Source: Coriobacteriaceae bacterium (lineage in GTDB: Bacteria > Actinomycetota > Coriobacteriia > Coriobacteriales > Coriobacteriaceae). From it: a DNA stretch of 64,000 nucleotides. Each line of letters begins with the position of its first letter. Within the stretch, counting starts at the first letter, position 1. Made by a program: the position numbers and the translations under genes. Below the pieces are notes generated by a model, which saw nothing but the letters and a program-made list of their open reading frames with translations, had not been told where the DNA came from and did not search any database. The stretch covers positions 1,832,421-1,896,420 of the forward strand of contig DAJPGB010000001.1 in the NCBI GenBank assembly GCA_025992855.1, in the 5' to 3' direction. Shown here piece after piece: positions 62,828 to 64,000 of the stretch.

Positions 62828-63931
62828 ATGTCCAAGCCGCGTCGTCGTAAGCAGAAAAAGCAGGTCAAGGCCGAGCTCAAGCGCAGGCAGTTTGCCGCCA
62901 CCGAGCTTTCCGACCAGCTTGCCGCCCTTCCTTGCGCCGCCGACCTGCCGCGCTTTATGGTCGACACGGTCGCCGGCGCCTATGCGCCCGCCGATGCCGA
63001 GCTCATGATCGAGGGCTTCGGCGCCGCGGCCACACGCCCGGTCACGCTGCGCGCCAACACGCTCAAGGCAACCGCCGAGGACATCGCTGCGGCGCTCGAT
63101 GCCGCCGGCATCGCCCACAACCCCGTCACCTGGTACCCAGACGCCTTTATCCTGCCCGAGGCCCAGGTTTCCGATCTGTGGGATCTCGGCATCTACCGCG
63201 ACGGCAAGATCTACCTGCAGAGCCTGTCGTCCATGATGCCGCCGCTGGTCCTGGGCGCTCAGGTAGGCGAGGACATCCTGGACATGTGCGCAGCCCCTGG
63301 CGGCAAGACGACGCAGATCGCCGCCCTCACCCAGGGGCAGGCGCACCTTACCGCCTGCGAGATGAGCATTCCCCGCGCCGAGAAGCTCGAAGCCAACCTC
63401 CACCGCCAAGGCGCAAAAAACGTGCCCGTCATGCGCACCGACGCACGCGAGCTCGACGAGTTCTTCCGCTTTGACCGCATCCTGCTCGACGCTCCCTGCA
63501 CCGGCACGGGCACCGTTATCAGCGGCAACGAGAAAACCCTGCGCGGCCTGACCGAGCAGCTGCTCGTCAAATGCGCCCGCTCGCAGCGTGCGCTTCTGGA
63601 CCGCGCCATGGGAACCCTCAAACCGGGCGGCACGCTCGTCTATTCGACTTGTTCGATCTTGCCGCAGGAAAACGAGGACGCCCTGCAAGAGGCCCTCGAC
63701 AAGCATATGGACTGCGAGCTCATCCCCCTCGACGGCACGCCAAGCGAAAGTGAGGCACGCCGCGCCCAGGAAGCTGGCGAGGAGCCGCGCATCGAGTCCA
63801 ACGCCCTAACCGAGGCCATTGCCGCGGGTCAGGTATCGGCCATCGCCAACGGCCTGTCCGGCACGCTCACCATTCCGCCCAGCCGCGACTTTGAGGGCTT
63901 CTACATTGCCCTGATCCGAAAACGCAGCTAG
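62828..63931 (+). CDS. RsmB/NOL1/NOP2/Sun family RNA (cytosine-C5) methyltransferase
   Basis: DMCAAPGGKT SAM motif, DAPCTGTG and the TCS catalytic Cys motifs. Confidence 0.8.
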   Translation: MSKPRRRKQKKQVKAELKRRQFAATELSDQLAALPCAADLPRFMVDTVAGAYAPADAELMIEGFGAAATRPVTLRANTLKATAEDIAAALDAAGIAHNPVTWYPDAFILPEAQVSDLWDLGIYRDGKIYLQSLSSMMPPLVLGAQVGEDILDMCAAPGGKTTQIAALTQGQAHLTACEMSIPRAEKLEANLHRQGAKNVPVMRTDARELDEFFRFDRILLDAPCTGTGTVISGNEKTLRGLTEQLLVKCARSQRALLDRAMGTLKPGGTLVYSTCSILPQENEDALQEALDKHMDCELIPLDGTPSESEARRAQEAGEEPRIESNALTEAIAAGQVSAIANGLSGTLTIPPSRDFEGFYIALIRKRS

Positions 63932-64000
63932 CGCACGGATCCAAAACTCAACAAGCTATCTCCGTGCGCGTTTGCTCTGCTGGTCGCGATGCTGTTTAAG

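Overview
This is a 64 kb, high-GC (roughly 60-65% by eye) actinobacterial-type chromosomal segment. The lineage is not established; Coriobacteriia, possibly Collinsella-like, is only a guess.

Most of the window is housekeeping:
- Amino acid, cofactor and central metabolism: proB, pncB, serC-serA, pckA.
- Translation: tRNA-Ala(CGC), trpS, a MetRS-like gene, an RsmB-like methyltransferase.
- Phosphate uptake: pstSCAB.
- Queuosine: tgt, queA, queH.
- Metal homeostasis: an ArsR-HMA-P1B-ATPase operon and an MntR-like regulator.
- Assorted HAD, DegV, histidine-phosphatase and M20-peptidase genes.

The accessory content sits in visibly lower-GC (~50%) islets embedded in this backbone:
1. A 3.6 kb island at 46.5-50.2 kb, bracketed by 72-bp direct repeats. 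It carries one 994-aa AEP primase-polymerase + SF2 helicase + degenerate PLD fusion, preceded by a 530-bp structured non-coding leader and followed by a dinJ-yafQ toxin-antitoxin pair. This is my best candidate for an uncharacterised conflict or replication module.
2. Two diverged DUF559/Vsr-fold paralogues at 21.1-22.1 kb and 30.6-31.8 kb, each next to MITE-like inverted-repeat cassettes.
3. An IS110-family element at 56.5-57.9 kb inserted into a host repeat. It has a junction-promoter arrangement and a bridge-RNA-sized left end.

The window is also unusually rich in repeat families:
- Family A: 27-nt tandem units.
- Family B: a 72-nt hairpin.
- Family C: a ~300-bp composite element containing a ~100-nt three-tier hairpin with compensatory substitutions.
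- Family D: a conserved terminator hairpin at five loci.

All calls come from reading the translated ORFs and the DNA by eye. No database search, RNA folding or statistics were run. Family names are from memory and start codons are approximate.
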